Assembly (NCBI GenBank): GCA_016791065.1 | Contig: JAEUOD010000120.1 | Location: 11,214 to 75,213, forward strand | Source: Dechloromonas sp. | GTDB lineage: Bacteria > Pseudomonadota > Gammaproteobacteria > Burkholderiales > Rhodocyclaceae | Reading direction: 5' to 3' | DNA length: 64,000 nucleotides | In this document: positions 1 through 10,179 of the stretch, in pieces | Numbering within the stretch: position 1 is the stretch's first letter | How the letters are laid out: each line of letters starts with the position of its first letter | The notes under the pieces: model-generated | What the model was told of the DNA's origin: nothing | The model's input: only the letters and a program-made list of their open reading frames with translations | The model's database searches: none | Made by a program: the position numbers and the translations under genes

Positions 1-334
1 TGCCATCCTCCGCAAGCACGACTCGGATCGACTTCAATTGTTCCGCAATCGCCACATGAGCACGATTGTGAGCAGCACGGTGAGCCGCCGGCACGCCCTG
101 TTCCATGTAGAGCGACTCCATAAGGTTGTGCTTGAGCGTAACCTCGATGAAATTACGAATCTGCTGCTCGATATTGCCGTGGCAAAGTTGCTGCTGTCCT
201 GGCGGGCAGATATTGCAGCCGTCCGTAACCTCGTGGCCCAGTGTGCAGGTAGTCCTGATGCGCTCGATCAGGGCGATCATCTTCTGATGGTCGCGCTGCA
301 TGCGTTCAACTGCCTCTTCGCGAATCAGTGACAT
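1..334 (-). CDS. Hemerythrin-like protein with Cys-rich insert (3' end runs off the window)
   Basis: Not in ORF track; manual translation from ATG at 334: MSLIREEAVERMQRDHQKMIALIERIRTTCTLGHEVTDGCNICPPGQQQLCHGNIEQQIRNFIEVTLKHNLMESLYMEQGVPAAHRAAHNRAHVAIAEQL...; DH, HxxxE and HxxxH hemerythrin ligand spacing; promoter-like site upstream. Confidence 0.7.
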   Translation of the reverse strand, partial: MSLIREEAVERMQRDHQKMIALIERIRTTCTLGHEVTDGCNICPPGQQQLCHGNIEQQIRNFIEVTLKHNLMESLYMEQGVPAAHRAAHNRAHVAIAEQLKSIRVVLAEDG

Positions 335-419
335 GGTGTCTCTTTGCGGATAGCGGCGATGCCAAAAAGGAATCGGCTCAATCTAAGGAACGAAGCTTGG
401 AAAGGCTGAAAGAAAATTC

Positions 420-448
420 ACATTAGGTGCCGTTGATCGAGATGTCAA
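420..448 (-). promoter_or_regulatory. Candidate sigma70 promoter for the hemerythrin-like gene
   Basis: Minus strand TTGACA (448-443), 17 nt spacer, TAATGT (425-420). Confidence 0.55.
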
Positions 449-469
449 TCTCGGCTGCAAGCCGCTTGA

Positions 470-496
470 AGACGTTCCCGCCAGGCGGGAACGTCT
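470..496 (-). terminator. Strong hairpin downstream of metY, probable terminator
   Basis: Perfect inverted repeat AGACGTTCCCGCC-A-GGCGGGAACGTCT 16 nt after the metY stop; U tail is weak. Confidence 0.5.
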
Positions 497-512
497 CATG
501 CAAGCTTTCCGA

Positions 513-1784
513 TCAGGCAGCGTTGAGTGCCTGGTCGAGATCGGCGATCAGATCGTCGATATGCTCGATACCGACCGACAGGCGGATCATGTCTTCCGAA
601 ACGCCAGCCTTGGCCAGTTCTTCCGGCGACAACTGGCGGTGCGTCGTCGAAGCAGGGTGGCAGGCCAGCGTCTTGCAGTCGCCGATGTTGACCAGGCGGG
701 TGACAAGCTTGAGCGCATCCTGGAACTTGCCGCCGCCTTCGCGACCACCCTTGACGCCGAAGTTGAGGATGCCGGAGGCACGGCCGCCCATGTACTTTTG
801 CACCAGGGCATGATCCTTGTGCTCGGGCAGGCCGGCGTAGTTGACCCAACTGCACTTCGGGTGGTTTTTCAGGAAATTGGCGATCTTGAGCGAGTTTTCG
901 CAGATGCGGTCCATGCGCAGGGCAAGGGTCTCGATGCCCTGCAGGATCAGGAAGGCATTGAACGGGCTGATCGCAGCACCCATGTTGCGCAGCGGCACGA
1001 CGCGGGCGCGGCCGATGTAGGCAGCGGGGCCGAGGGCTTCGGTATAGACGACGCCGTGGTAGGAAACGTCCGGCTCGTTGAGGCGCTTGAACTTGGTCTT
1101 GTGCTCGGCCCAAGGGAACTTGCCGCTATCAACGATGATGCCGCCGATGGAGTTGCCGTGGCCGCCGAGGTACTTGGTCAGGGCATGGACGACGATGTCG
1201 GCGCCGTGCTCGAAGGGGCGGCACAGGTAGGGCGAGGGCACGGTGTTGTCGACGATGACCGGCACGCCGTGCTTGTGGGCGATTTCGGCGAGCTTTTCGA
1301 AGTCGGTGATGTTGCCGAGCGGGTTACCGACGGATTCGCAGAAGACGGCCTTGGTCTTGGCGTCGATGAGCTTTTCAAAGGCGGCCGGATCGCGGTAGTC
1401 GGCGAAGCGCACGTCGATACCGTACTGCGGCAGGGTGTGGGCGAACAGGTTGTAGGTGCCGCCGTAGAGCGTACTCGACGTCACGATGTTGTCGCCGGCT
1501 TCGGCAATGGTCTGGATGGCGGCGGTGATGGCAGCCATGCCGGAAGCCATGCACAGTGCCGCAATGCCACCTTCCATTTCGGCGACGCGCTTTTCGAGCA
1601 CGTCCTGCGTCGGGTTCATGATGCGGGTGTAGATGTTGCCGGCGACCTTGAGATCGAACAGGTCGGCGCCGTGCTGCGTGCTGTCGAAGGCGTAGGAAGT
1701 TGTCTGGTAGATGGGTACGGCGACAGCCTTGGTAGTCGGGTCGGGCGAATAGCCGCCATGGACGGCAATGGTTTCAATCTTCAT
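513..1784 (-). CDS. metY: O-acetylhomoserine aminocarboxypropyltransferase / sulfhydrylase (MetY)
   Basis: PIYQTTSY, YTRIMNPT, PLP lysine in HALTKYLGGHG, HPASTTH, IRLSVGIE motifs; 423 aa. Confidence 0.93.
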   Translation of the reverse strand: MKIETIAVHGGYSPDPTTKAVAVPIYQTTSYAFDSTQHGADLFDLKVAGNIYTRIMNPTQDVLEKRVAEMEGGIAALCMASGMAAITAAIQTIAEAGDNIVTSSTLYGGTYNLFAHTLPQYGIDVRFADYRDPAAFEKLIDAKTKAVFCESVGNPLGNITDFEKLAEIAHKHGVPVIVDNTVPSPYLCRPFEHGADIVVHALTKYLGGHGNSIGGIIVDSGKFPWAEHKTKFKRLNEPDVSYHGVVYTEALGPAAYIGRARVVPLRNMGAAISPFNAFLILQGIETLALRMDRICENSLKIANFLKNHPKCSWVNYAGLPEHKDHALVQKYMGGRASGILNFGVKGGREGGGKFQDALKLVTRLVNIGDCKTLACHPASTTHRQLSPEELAKAGVSEDMIRLSVGIEHIDDLIADLDQALNAA

Positions 1785-1876
1785 GCGTGTCTCTCGGATT
1801 GTTGTCGATTGGAGTGCGCAGTGTAGCAGGCCGGACAGCCGCCCGGTTCGGCTGGAACAAGCCCCTGGCTGTCGCC

Positions 1877-2755
1877 TCAGATGAAGAGATAGCGGTGATT
1901 GTGGGTTTCGCTGCGCAGGGCATCGGCAGCTTCATCGGCGGAAAAACGAATGAAGCAGATTCGCCATTTCCGTCGGTCGCTGCAATGCAAGGCCGGGATG
2001 GCGGTACTGCCTTGGGGCGCGAGCGCCGGTTCGTCGTCGCGGGTACTCATCACCCGGAAAAAGGCTTCCGGTTTTTCCAGCCAGCTGATAAGACCGTTCA
2101 GGAGCTTGTCGGGGGTCAATTCCTGTTCGGCATAAACGTACTCGGGTTGGCCGGTTTCCACCGTACGCACTACGTCATGCTGCAGGTTCCATTCCCATTC
2201 CAGCTTGCTCAGGCGTTGCCGGCGTCGCAGCTTCTCCACGTGTTCGGCAAAGTCTTTAAGAATGCGCTCGAAGGCTGCTCGGCAAAGGCTGTCACGTGTG
2301 CTTTCAAGGTTCGGAGCAAGGCTATGCAAGACATGATCGGCAGGTGTCGGCTCACCCGCATCGCCTGCCGGGCCGTGCGGCTTGATGCGCAGGCCGAGCA
2401 GGGCGTGGATTTCTTCGTGCCCAGCCTGGCGGAGCGGGCGCAGGCTGCTCTTGACCGCCAGGCTGCGCCCGAAGGCGCGGCGGACATCGCCCGCTTCCGG
2501 GAAAAGCCCGGCTAGTTGGGGGCTCGCCGGAAAGTTGTCTTCGGTCAGGTTGAGCGGCCCGGGAATGTTCGCGGTCTGCAGCACGAAATACGACAGGGCA
2601 TGGTCAATGGCAATGCTTGTCCGTACCTCGAAGCTTTTGGCTGACGCAATATCGTTGCCGAGTACATGAAGGATCTGGGGAAGCAGTGGGCTGTGCGGGA
2701 CAGCTGTCGCGGCAGCGGGGCGAATAAAACTGGCAAGTTTTCCGAGCATGGTCAT
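1877..2755 (-). CDS. Hypothetical protein
   Basis: 292 aa ORF with AGGAG RBS, fills the gap between mnmC and metY; no motif recognised. Confidence 0.7.
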   Translation of the reverse strand: MTMLGKLASFIRPAAATAVPHSPLLPQILHVLGNDIASAKSFEVRTSIAIDHALSYFVLQTANIPGPLNLTEDNFPASPQLAGLFPEAGDVRRAFGRSLAVKSSLRPLRQAGHEEIHALLGLRIKPHGPAGDAGEPTPADHVLHSLAPNLESTRDSLCRAAFERILKDFAEHVEKLRRRQRLSKLEWEWNLQHDVVRTVETGQPEYVYAEQELTPDKLLNGLISWLEKPEAFFRVMSTRDDEPALAPQGSTAIPALHCSDRRKWRICFIRFSADEAADALRSETHNHRYLFI

Positions 2756-2941
2756 GCGACTCCTGTCTTGGAGGGGCTAACGGCTGTCGGGGGAATGCCC
2801 AGCTGCGAACGAGACAGGGCGAGTTATCGTTTTGTTGTCGTTGTCAGCCGCGTTCGGCTGACCGACAGGTGTTTTGATTGTTGATGAAACTTGCCATTCC
2901 TGTCAATGACAATGGCAATTTCTGCGCTGGCTGCGGATCGC

Positions 2942-4831
2942 TCAAACGCTGCTTCCGGGAGGACGAATCAGAAAGCGAGCAGGGTCGAGCGCGTCGACCA
3001 GATCGTTTTCCAGCGGCAGTGGATCGTTTTCAATCCGGCTCAACAGTAGGTCCGCCATCAGCGCGGACCAAACGATGCCGCGCGCGCCGAAGCCCTGGAC
3101 GCACCACAGGCCGGGCAGTCGTGGCCAGGTGAGCAGGCGGTTGCCGCTGCGGGATGCATCCGGCACGGCGCCGACGATGGGCAAGCGATCCGGCGACATC
3201 GGGCGCAGACCGACCCGGCCGGAGATGGTGTCGGGCGCGATCGCGGTGGCAAAGCCGGGTAGCAGTTGATGGATGCCTTCCAGATTGTCGGCATGGTCGG
3301 CCAGTCGCTCGCGAGTATCGGTGTCGCCTTCCTGCGATGTCGCGCCGATCAGCCTGAGGCCGTCTACCTCGGGAATGGCATAGCCTTGACGACCGAGTAC
3401 GACAGTCCTGATCGGCGCCGACAGTTCGGCCGGCAGATGCGATACCTGGCCGCGGGCCGTGTATTGCGGTAGCCAGTCGAGCTGGGCCAGTCGCGTGGCG
3501 CCCGCACCGGCGGCGATGACGACATGCGGTGCGCTGGCCAGGACGCGGTCGGCGCTGTCCAGGGCCTGCCATTGCTCGCCGTCGTGCGCGAGACGTGCGA
3601 TGGCGGCATTAAAGCGGCAGTTGATCCGCTCGGGAAAGGCAGCCAGGGCGGCACGGCAGATCGACGCCGGCTGGACCCAGCCACCGTTCGGAAACCACCA
3701 GCCTCCCTGGGCAACCGGATGGCCCAGGATTTCGCTGGCGGTTTGCGCATCGACAAATTGCTGGATTCCGCTTGGCAGATCGAGTGCGGTGATGGCCCTC
3801 GCCTGCTGCGTCACGTGTTCCGCATCGCGTCCGAGATGCAGGGCACCACAGGCGGCCCAGCGAGCCCCCGGAAATTCGGCGAACAGGGCATGGGTGGCCA
3901 GGAAACCAGCCCGGGTCAGGCGGGAAAGGCGGTTGTCGTCGGCGCTGGGCAAGGGACGGAAGGCGCCGGCCAGGTTGCACGAGGCACCGGTTGCCGGGGC
4001 CGGGGCGCCATCGAGCAGTGTGAGTTGCCAGCCGGCCGCAGCCATCCGGTAGGCGGTGGTGCAGCCGGCGATACCAGCACCGATGATCAGCGCCCGCCGG
4101 TCGCTCGGGGATGGATGGCGATCCGGTCGACGTGAACGGAGACGACCGCTCAGCATCGGCCGCTTGTCAGTGAAACCGGGTTGTTGCTCCACGGTGAATT
4201 CGGCGGCAGCAAGCGCATCTCTGACTGGCTCGATTAGCGTACCGCTGGCCAGCGTTGCACCGGGTGCGGCAAGGCGGGACAGGCCCTTGCAGAATGATAA
4301 TGTCCACAAAGCCGGATCGGCTGCGGGGGAAGGGCTGTCGAGGTAAAAGGCATCGACTGCAGCATCCAGTTTGCGCAGGTTGCTCGTGGCATCGCCGAAG
4401 ACCAGGGTCAGGATGAGCTGACCGCCGGCCAGGCGCAGGCGATGGATGCCGGGCGTCAGCGGCGGCCAGCGGCGATGCAGTTCGGTGGCCAGGTCGGCCA
4501 GTTCGGGCCAGGCTCGGTGTGCGATGGCCAGATCCGTGGCAGAGAAAGGATGCTGTTCGAGAGCGATGAAATGCAAGCGCCGGCAGCGTTGTGGGTCGGC
4601 CTGCCAGGCCTGCCAGGTGGCGAGGAAATCGAGGCCAAGCCCGAAGCTCGTTTCGAGAATGACAAAGCGGTCGTGCCCCTGCCAACGCGCCGGCAGGTCG
4701 TTGCCGTCGAGAAAGACATGGTGTGCCTGGTTCAGCAGGCCATGGGCGGAAAAATCGACGTCGTCGAAACCAGGGATGCGCGGGGTGCCGTCGGCGGTGA
4801 AACTCAGATGGGCGGGTTGCAAGCCGGACAT
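2942..4831 (-). CDS. mnmC: MnmC-type bifunctional tRNA mnm5s2U34 enzyme; methyltransferase-domain motifs degenerate, FAD oxidoreductase domain intact
   Basis: N-terminal FDDV..VFL.GN.LP.RW, LHFIALE.HP and C-terminal [33 protein letters not shown]. Confidence 0.88.
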   Translation of the reverse strand: MSGLQPAHLSFTADGTPRIPGFDDVDFSAHGLLNQAHHVFLDGNDLPARWQGHDRFVILETSFGLGLDFLATWQAWQADPQRCRRLHFIALEQHPFSATDLAIAHRAWPELADLATELHRRWPPLTPGIHRLRLAGGQLILTLVFGDATSNLRKLDAAVDAFYLDSPSPAADPALWTLSFCKGLSRLAAPGATLASGTLIEPVRDALAAAEFTVEQQPGFTDKRPMLSGRLRSRRPDRHPSPSDRRALIIGAGIAGCTTAYRMAAAGWQLTLLDGAPAPATGASCNLAGAFRPLPSADDNRLSRLTRAGFLATHALFAEFPGARWAACGALHLGRDAEHVTQQARAITALDLPSGIQQFVDAQTASEILGHPVAQGGWWFPNGGWVQPASICRAALAAFPERINCRFNAAIARLAHDGEQWQALDSADRVLASAPHVVIAAGAGATRLAQLDWLPQYTARGQVSHLPAELSAPIRTVVLGRQGYAIPEVDGLRLIGATSQEGDTDTRERLADHADNLEGIHQLLPGFATAIAPDTISGRVGLRPMSPDRLPIVGAVPDASRSGNRLLTWPRLPGLWCVQGFGARGIVWSALMADLLLSRIENDPLPLENDLVDALDPARFLIRPPGSSV

Positions 4832-4856
4832 GGGGCGGCGGAGTCGGCGCGGGAAA

Positions 4857-5657
4857 CTACCCGACCGTTCTGAGGGCGTCGACCAGGATCAGAATGCGGC
4901 GGATGCCCTTGCGCGACCAGCGCTCGAATAGACCAGCCAAGCTGGCCAGGCGGCTGAGCAGCGGCAGGGCGCGGCGGATGATCCGACGGATTTCCGGGTC
5001 AGGATTGGCCGCGAAATAGGCGTCGAGCAGTTGCGGCAGCAGTTGCCTGGCTTCGGCCTCGACAATCGGTCCGGCCAGCGAAATGGAATTCAGGAACAGC
5101 ACCAGATCGGCCGCCTGGGCCGCAGGCAGCGGCACGAACTCGCCGAAATTTTCTTCAAAATCGATGCGGTAGCTGACGCCGTTTTGTAATGTGACGTTCT
5201 TGATCTGGGCACCGCCATGCCAGTGGCCGGCGCGGTGAAATTCTGCCAGTTCGCTTGCCAGCCGGGGCAATTCGTTTCGCCAGGTGTCCTGGTTCCATTT
5301 TTCAAGCAGGGTGGCGACGACGGTACCGCAATGTGCCAGGACGAAGAACTCCGGCGTGACCAGTGCGACGTGCGGCACTCGTTGGCCGGCTTCGGCCAGC
5401 GCCTGCAGCCGCCGGGCCTCGAAATCCATGCTGCCGGCCGCCTCGGAGAGCGCCAGCGTGTTCAGGGGCAGGGGCTGTCCGGTCAGGCGCTTGACCAGCC
5501 AGCGCATGAACAGCGTTTGGATCAGCTTGCGCGGCTTCTCGGCCAGACGCTTGATGACGTACCGCTGGCCTTCGAATTCGAAAACCACCGTCCGCCCGCG
5601 CTTGCCTTCAAGGGCGGCGCGAGCGGCTGTTTCGAGCGGTGTGGGGGAACTGTTCAC
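4857..5657 (-). CDS. Protein-kinase-fold hypothetical protein (InaA/Kdo-WaaP kinase-like); start uncertain (GTG 5657 or TTG 5693)
   Basis: [27 protein letters not shown] and IDFEE resemble kinase subdomains II, III, VIb and VII. Confidence 0.55.
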   Translation of the reverse strand: MNSSPTPLETAARAALEGKRGRTVVFEFEGQRYVIKRLAEKPRKLIQTLFMRWLVKRLTGQPLPLNTLALSEAAGSMDFEARRLQALAEAGQRVPHVALVTPEFFVLAHCGTVVATLLEKWNQDTWRNELPRLASELAEFHRAGHWHGGAQIKNVTLQNGVSYRIDFEENFGEFVPLPAAQAADLVLFLNSISLAGPIVEAEARQLLPQLLDAYFAANPDPEIRRIIRRALPLLSRLASLAGLFERWSRKGIRRILILVDALRTVG

Positions 5658-5767
5658 GACAGGCCGATAAGTGAGCGAGCGCAGCCAGAACAAGGCGCAG
5701 GCGAGCGCCGCATAGCAGCGCTATGCAAGCTTGCCTGCAACGCCGTTATGGCAAGCGTAGCCACGTA

Positions 5768-7273
5768 TCATTCGGGGCGCATGGAGGGGAACAGAATGAC
5801 ATCCCGAATCGCCGCCGAATCGGTCAGCAGCATGATCAGGCGGTCGATGCCGATGCCGCAGCCGCCGGTCGGCGGCAGACCGTATTCCAGTGCGCGGATG
5901 AAGTCGGCGTCGTAATACATCGCCTCCTCATCGCCAGCATCCTTGGCCTTGGCCTGCTCCTGGAAGCGGGCGGCCTGGTCTTCGGCGTCGTTCAGCTCGG
6001 AGAAGCCGTTGGCGATTTCACGGCCGACGATGAACAACTCGAAGCGCTCGGTGATTTCCGGGTTGCTGTCGGAAGCGCGGGCCAGCGGCGACACTTCGAC
6101 CGGGTAATCGATGATGAAGGTCGGCTCCCAGCAGTGTGCTTCGGCGCAGGCTTCGAACAGTTGCAATTGCAGGCTGCCGAGGCCGCCCGGCTTGAGCGGC
6201 TCGCCGAAGTGCTTGATCTTGGCCTTGAGGAATTCCGGATCGGCCAGTTCGGCATCGCTGAATTCCGGATGCTGGCGCTGGATGGCCTGGTTGATAGTCA
6301 GGCGGTGGAAGGGCTTGGAGAGGTCGAGCTCGCGGCCCTGGTAGATGAAGACTTCCTTGCCCAGCGCCTCGCGCGCGGCGTGGCGGAGCAGGCCTTCGGT
6401 GAAGTCCATCAGCGTGTGGTAGTTCGCATACGCCTCGTAGAACTCCATCATCGTGAATTCGGGGTTGTGGCGCGGCGAGAGGCCTTCGTTGCGGAAATTG
6501 CGGTTGATCTCGAAGACCTTCTCGAAACCACCGACCACCAGGCGCTTGAGGTACAACTCCGGCGCGATGCGCAGGAACTGCTGCATGTCGAGCGCGTTGT
6601 GGTGGGTGACGAAGGGTTTGGCCGAAGCACCGCCCGGGATCGGGTGCATCATCGGCGTTTCGACTTCCATGAAGCCGTGGCCGGTCATGTAGTTGCGGAT
6701 CGAGGCGACGATGGCGGAACGGGCGCGGAAGGTGAAGCGCGTTTCCTCGTTCATGATCAGGTCGACGTAGCGCTGGCGGTACTTGAGCTCCTGGTCGGAC
6801 AGGCCGTGGAACTTGTCCGGCAGCGGGCGCAGCGACTTGGTGAGCAGGCGAATCTCGGCAGCCTGGATCGAAAGTTCGCCGGTCTTGGTCTTCATCAGCG
6901 TACCGACGACTCCGAGGATGTCGCCCAGATCCCAGCCCTTGAAGGCAGCGTAGGCTTCCTCGCCGACCTTGTCGCGGGCGACGTAGATCTGGATGCGGCC
7001 GGAGAGGTCCTGCAGCGTGGCGAAGGAGGCCTTGCCCATGACGCGCTTCAACATCATGCGGCCGCCCACGCGGACTTCGACCGGCAGGCCTTCGAGTTCC
7101 TCGGCCGTTTTCTCGCCATAGCCCTCGTGCAGCTTCTGCGCCGTGTTCTCGCGCTGGAAGTCGTTCGGGAAGGCTTTGCCGGTCTTGCGCCATTCGGCGA
7201 GCTTGGCGCGGCGTTCCGCGATGAGCTGGTTTTCGTCTTGCTGGACCGGGGCTTGCTGTTCGGCGTTGGACAT
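5768..7273 (-). CDS. lysS: Lysine--tRNA ligase (class II)
   Basis: [37 protein letters not shown]; 501 aa. Confidence 0.98.
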   Translation of the reverse strand: MSNAEQQAPVQQDENQLIAERRAKLAEWRKTGKAFPNDFQRENTAQKLHEGYGEKTAEELEGLPVEVRVGGRMMLKRVMGKASFATLQDLSGRIQIYVARDKVGEEAYAAFKGWDLGDILGVVGTLMKTKTGELSIQAAEIRLLTKSLRPLPDKFHGLSDQELKYRQRYVDLIMNEETRFTFRARSAIVASIRNYMTGHGFMEVETPMMHPIPGGASAKPFVTHHNALDMQQFLRIAPELYLKRLVVGGFEKVFEINRNFRNEGLSPRHNPEFTMMEFYEAYANYHTLMDFTEGLLRHAAREALGKEVFIYQGRELDLSKPFHRLTINQAIQRQHPEFSDAELADPEFLKAKIKHFGEPLKPGGLGSLQLQLFEACAEAHCWEPTFIIDYPVEVSPLARASDSNPEITERFELFIVGREIANGFSELNDAEDQAARFQEQAKAKDAGDEEAMYYDADFIRALEYGLPPTGGCGIGIDRLIMLLTDSAAIRDVILFPSMRPE

Positions 7274-7363
7274 GAAGAATCCTTGGAAAATGAAGTTGCT
7301 GCGATCAACGGCGTAGAACCCTGAATTTTCGCCGATTTGGCCTTTCAGGGAAAGCGCGGCCGG

Positions 7364-7696
7364 CTATTCCGACGTGTAATGGACGGCTAGCCAGATCGTC
7401 GGCTGATCCGGCGCCGTCCACTCGACGCGGTGACGGCGATGCGGAGCGATATCGACGAAATCGCCGGGCTTCAGGTGGTGGGCGTCAGGTTCGTCGGCAA
7501 AGCGCAAGCCTGCCTCGCCCGCGACGAGCAGCACCCATTCGCCGTCTTCCTGGTCGTACCAGAAATCGGGCGGGCTGCACTGGCCGGTCGAGACGATGCG
7601 TTCGATGCGCAGACCAGGGCGGCGGAGCAGTTCGGAGAATTGCTCTTGAGTTGCGCTGGTGGCAATGTCGGCAAACAGATTGGCGGGCAGGGTCAT
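7364..7696 (-). CDS. Cupin domain protein
   Basis: IERIVSTGQ, WYDQ..GEWV, LKPGDFVDI.PH.RHRVEWT; 4 nt overlap with the upstream gene. Confidence 0.85.
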   Translation of the reverse strand: MTLPANLFADIATSATQEQFSELLRRPGLRIERIVSTGQCSPPDFWYDQEDGEWVLLVAGEAGLRFADEPDAHHLKPGDFVDIAPHRRHRVEWTAPDQPTIWLAVHYTSE

Positions 7697-8949
7697 GCAG
7701 GCTCCGGCTTGCGGTAGAGCGGCAGGGTGTGGAGGCGGCGTTCGATCTCGTCGGTCAACTGCCGATATGCGGCGCTCCCTGGTTGCCCGTAGCGCTGCTG
7801 GAACTCGCGGGTGCCCAGATATTCGGGAAGCTCGGCCAGCGGCGGGATGATGTCGCCATCGACAAAGCCGGCACGCAGCAGGCGGTCGATGCGTTCGGGG
7901 TGCCGCAGAAGCAATTCGCCGAAGGCCGTCCCGGCACGATCGGCGGCAAGGTCGGCAAAAGAAAAACCGCTGCCATGACGAGCATCCGCCAGTTCCTTGT
8001 AAACGCCGATCGCTTCGGCCAGCGGCTCGCCGGCCCAGGCGGTCAGGGCGGCGGAAATGACGAAGTGCTGGGCGCTGTCGATGCGCCCGGCCAGCATGAG
8101 TTTGATCGGGCGCAAGGCCGGCCAGTTGGCGGCCTCGGGCAGCAGGGGCGCCAGCTTGCGCTCGGAAAGATAGGCTGCCAGGACGAAGATCGCGGCCCGC
8201 CTGTTTTCGAGTTGGTCGCTGCCGTTAACGTCGAGCAGGTCATGCAGGATGGCAGGCAGGGCGACCTGGCTACCCGGGGCGTGCTGATCGAGCAGGCCGG
8301 CCAGTATTTCGTGCGCGGAGCGCAGGCGGGCCAGGTCTTCGCGATCGAGGGCCGCCGAGCGGAAACGTTCGAGAAGGGCAGGCTCCCAGGCATAGGCGAC
8401 GATGATCCGGCGCTGGGCCGGTTCGAAACGTAGCCCGCGAACCGCCTCACGTCCCAGTTGCCATTCCCGCTCGTAGCCGGCCAGCCGGATGCCGAGCGCA
8501 AGCATTGCTTCGGCAAGTGCTGGTGGAATGCTCAGGGCGCCAAGCCGGACGCTGTCGAGTTGCGGTTTGCCTTCCTGCTCGCGTAGTCCGAGGCGCAGGT
8601 TGAGAAAGCGCTGGCCAGTGCTGCCCGGTACGGCGACGGTGAAACGGAATTCGGCGCTGGCGCTGGCCAGCTGGAAGCTGCCGCGGCCGTGCAGGAAGCG
8701 CGTCGCGACGTAGTTGCTTCCCTCATCGATCAATCCGGCCGGAATGCCCGTCTGACGGAAATCGCCCTGGCGCAGGCGGCGCGGGTCGTTGGCCCTGAGC
8801 AGCCAGCGGGTCTGGGCGATGGCGAGCGGCGAAATCGTGGCGTCGCGGACGACCAGTGGCGCGCTTTCGACAGCCAGAATAAAAAGCCCCCCGACGGCCA
8901 GCGCGAGCAGGAGCAGCGCGCCGGCCAGCCAGGCCAGGAGGCGTTTCAA
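7693..8949 (-). CDS. Membrane-anchored hypothetical protein with YfiM/DUF2279-like C-terminal motif
   Basis: TTG start 7 nt after the prfB stop; N-terminal hydrophobic helix; C-terminal DSAQHF..SA...G.YKE..D...GSGFS.ADL.AD..G. Confidence 0.65.
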   Translation of the reverse strand: MKRLLAWLAGALLLLALAVGGLFILAVESAPLVVRDATISPLAIAQTRWLLRANDPRRLRQGDFRQTGIPAGLIDEGSNYVATRFLHGRGSFQLASASAEFRFTVAVPGSTGQRFLNLRLGLREQEGKPQLDSVRLGALSIPPALAEAMLALGIRLAGYEREWQLGREAVRGLRFEPAQRRIIVAYAWEPALLERFRSAALDREDLARLRSAHEILAGLLDQHAPGSQVALPAILHDLLDVNGSDQLENRRAAIFVLAAYLSERKLAPLLPEAANWPALRPIKLMLAGRIDSAQHFVISAALTAWAGEPLAEAIGVYKELADARHGSGFSFADLAADRAGTAFGELLLRHPERIDRLLRAGFVDGDIIPPLAELPEYLGTREFQQRYGQPGSAAYRQLTDEIERRLHTLPLYRKPEPA

Positions 8950-8955
8950 GACGGC

Positions 8956-10060
8956 TTAGACGCCTTGCTTCAGGCTGGCTTCGATGAAGGGATCGAGATC
9001 CCCGTCGAGCACGGCCTGGGTGTTGCCGGTTTCGTGGTTGGTGCGCAAATCCTTGATGCGCGACTGGTCGAGCACGTAGGAACGGATCTGGTGGCCCCAG
9101 CCGATGTCGGACTTTGCGTCTTCCAGCTTCTGCTGTTCGGCCTGCTGCTTGCGCAGTTCGAACTCGTAGAGGCGGGCACGCAGCATCTGCCAGGCTTCGT
9201 CGCGGTTGCGGTGCTGCGAACGGTCGTTCTGGCACTGCACGACGATACCCGTGGGGACGTGGGTCAGACGCACGGCCGAGTCGGTCTTGTTGATGTGCTG
9301 GCCGCCGGCGCCGGAGGCGCGGTAGGTGTCAGTACGGACGTCGGCCGGGTTGATGGCGATTTCGATCGAGTCATCGACTTCCGGGAACACGAAGACCGAC
9401 GTGAAGCTGGTGTGGCGGCGGGCGTTGGAGTCGAACGGCGACTTGCGGACCAGGCGGTGAATGCCGGTTTCGGTGCGCAGCGTGCCGTAGGCGTAGTCGC
9501 CGGAGAACTTGACCGTGGCGCTCTTGATGCCGGCGACGTCACCTTCAGACTCTTCCATCACCTCGACGTTGAAGCCCTTCTTTTCGCCGAATTTCAGGTA
9601 CATGCGCAGTAGCATGGCGGCCCAGTCCTGGGCTTCCGTGCCGCCGGCGCCGGCCTGGATTTCCAGGAAGCAGGGCATCGGGTCGGACGGGTTGTTGAAC
9701 ATGCGGCGGAATTCGAGCGCGGCGAGCTTGCTTTCCAGCTCGGCGTTGTCGGCCTCGACGGCGAGCAGGGTGTCGTCGTCGCCATCTTCCTTGCCCATGG
9801 CGAACAGCTCACGGCCGTCGTTGACGCCGTTGTCCACGGCTTCGAGGACGAGCACGATGTCTTCCAGCGATTTCTTTTCCTTGCCCAGTTCCTGGGCACG
9901 CTTCGGATCGTCCCAGATCTTGGGATCTTCCATCTCCTGGTTGAGGAGAGTCAGGCGTTCGCGCTTGTGATCGTAGTCAAAGATACCTCCGCAGCTCGGC
10001 GGCGCGCTGCGCCAGATCGTCGAGCTTGTTGGAGATGCTGTTGATGTGTTCTGCTTCCAT
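8956..10060 (-). CDS. prfB: Peptide chain release factor 2, programmed +1 frameshift
   Basis: ATG at 10060 reads [27 protein letters not shown] then CTT-TGA; +1 frame continues DYDHKR... with SPF and GGQ motifs. Confidence 0.97.
9976..9990 (-). other. RF2 +1 frameshift signal
   Basis: Minus strand GGAGG-TAT-CTTTGAC: internal SD, slippery CTTT and TGA-C stop. Confidence 0.95.
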
Positions 10061-10179
10061 GATCTTGATAACCGTTGATTGGCAAAAACGGGATTATACA
10101 TTGCCAAGTGAGCGCTCCCGGCCGCTGGACGGAGCCTTCCGGACCGAGCCGGGTGGGGGGCTTGGGTAATCGTGCCGGG

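Noticed and set aside
433-448. FNR-like dyad TTGAT-N6-GTCAA
   Set aside because: Spacer is 6 rather than 4 nt; better explained by the TTGACA -35 element
498-1826. Long antisense/shadow ORFs (also 5723-7324, 19827-22562, 31946-33301, 37035-38504, 55083-56738)
   Set aside because: Mirror frames of well-identified genes, expected from high-GC codon bias; no motifs or RBS
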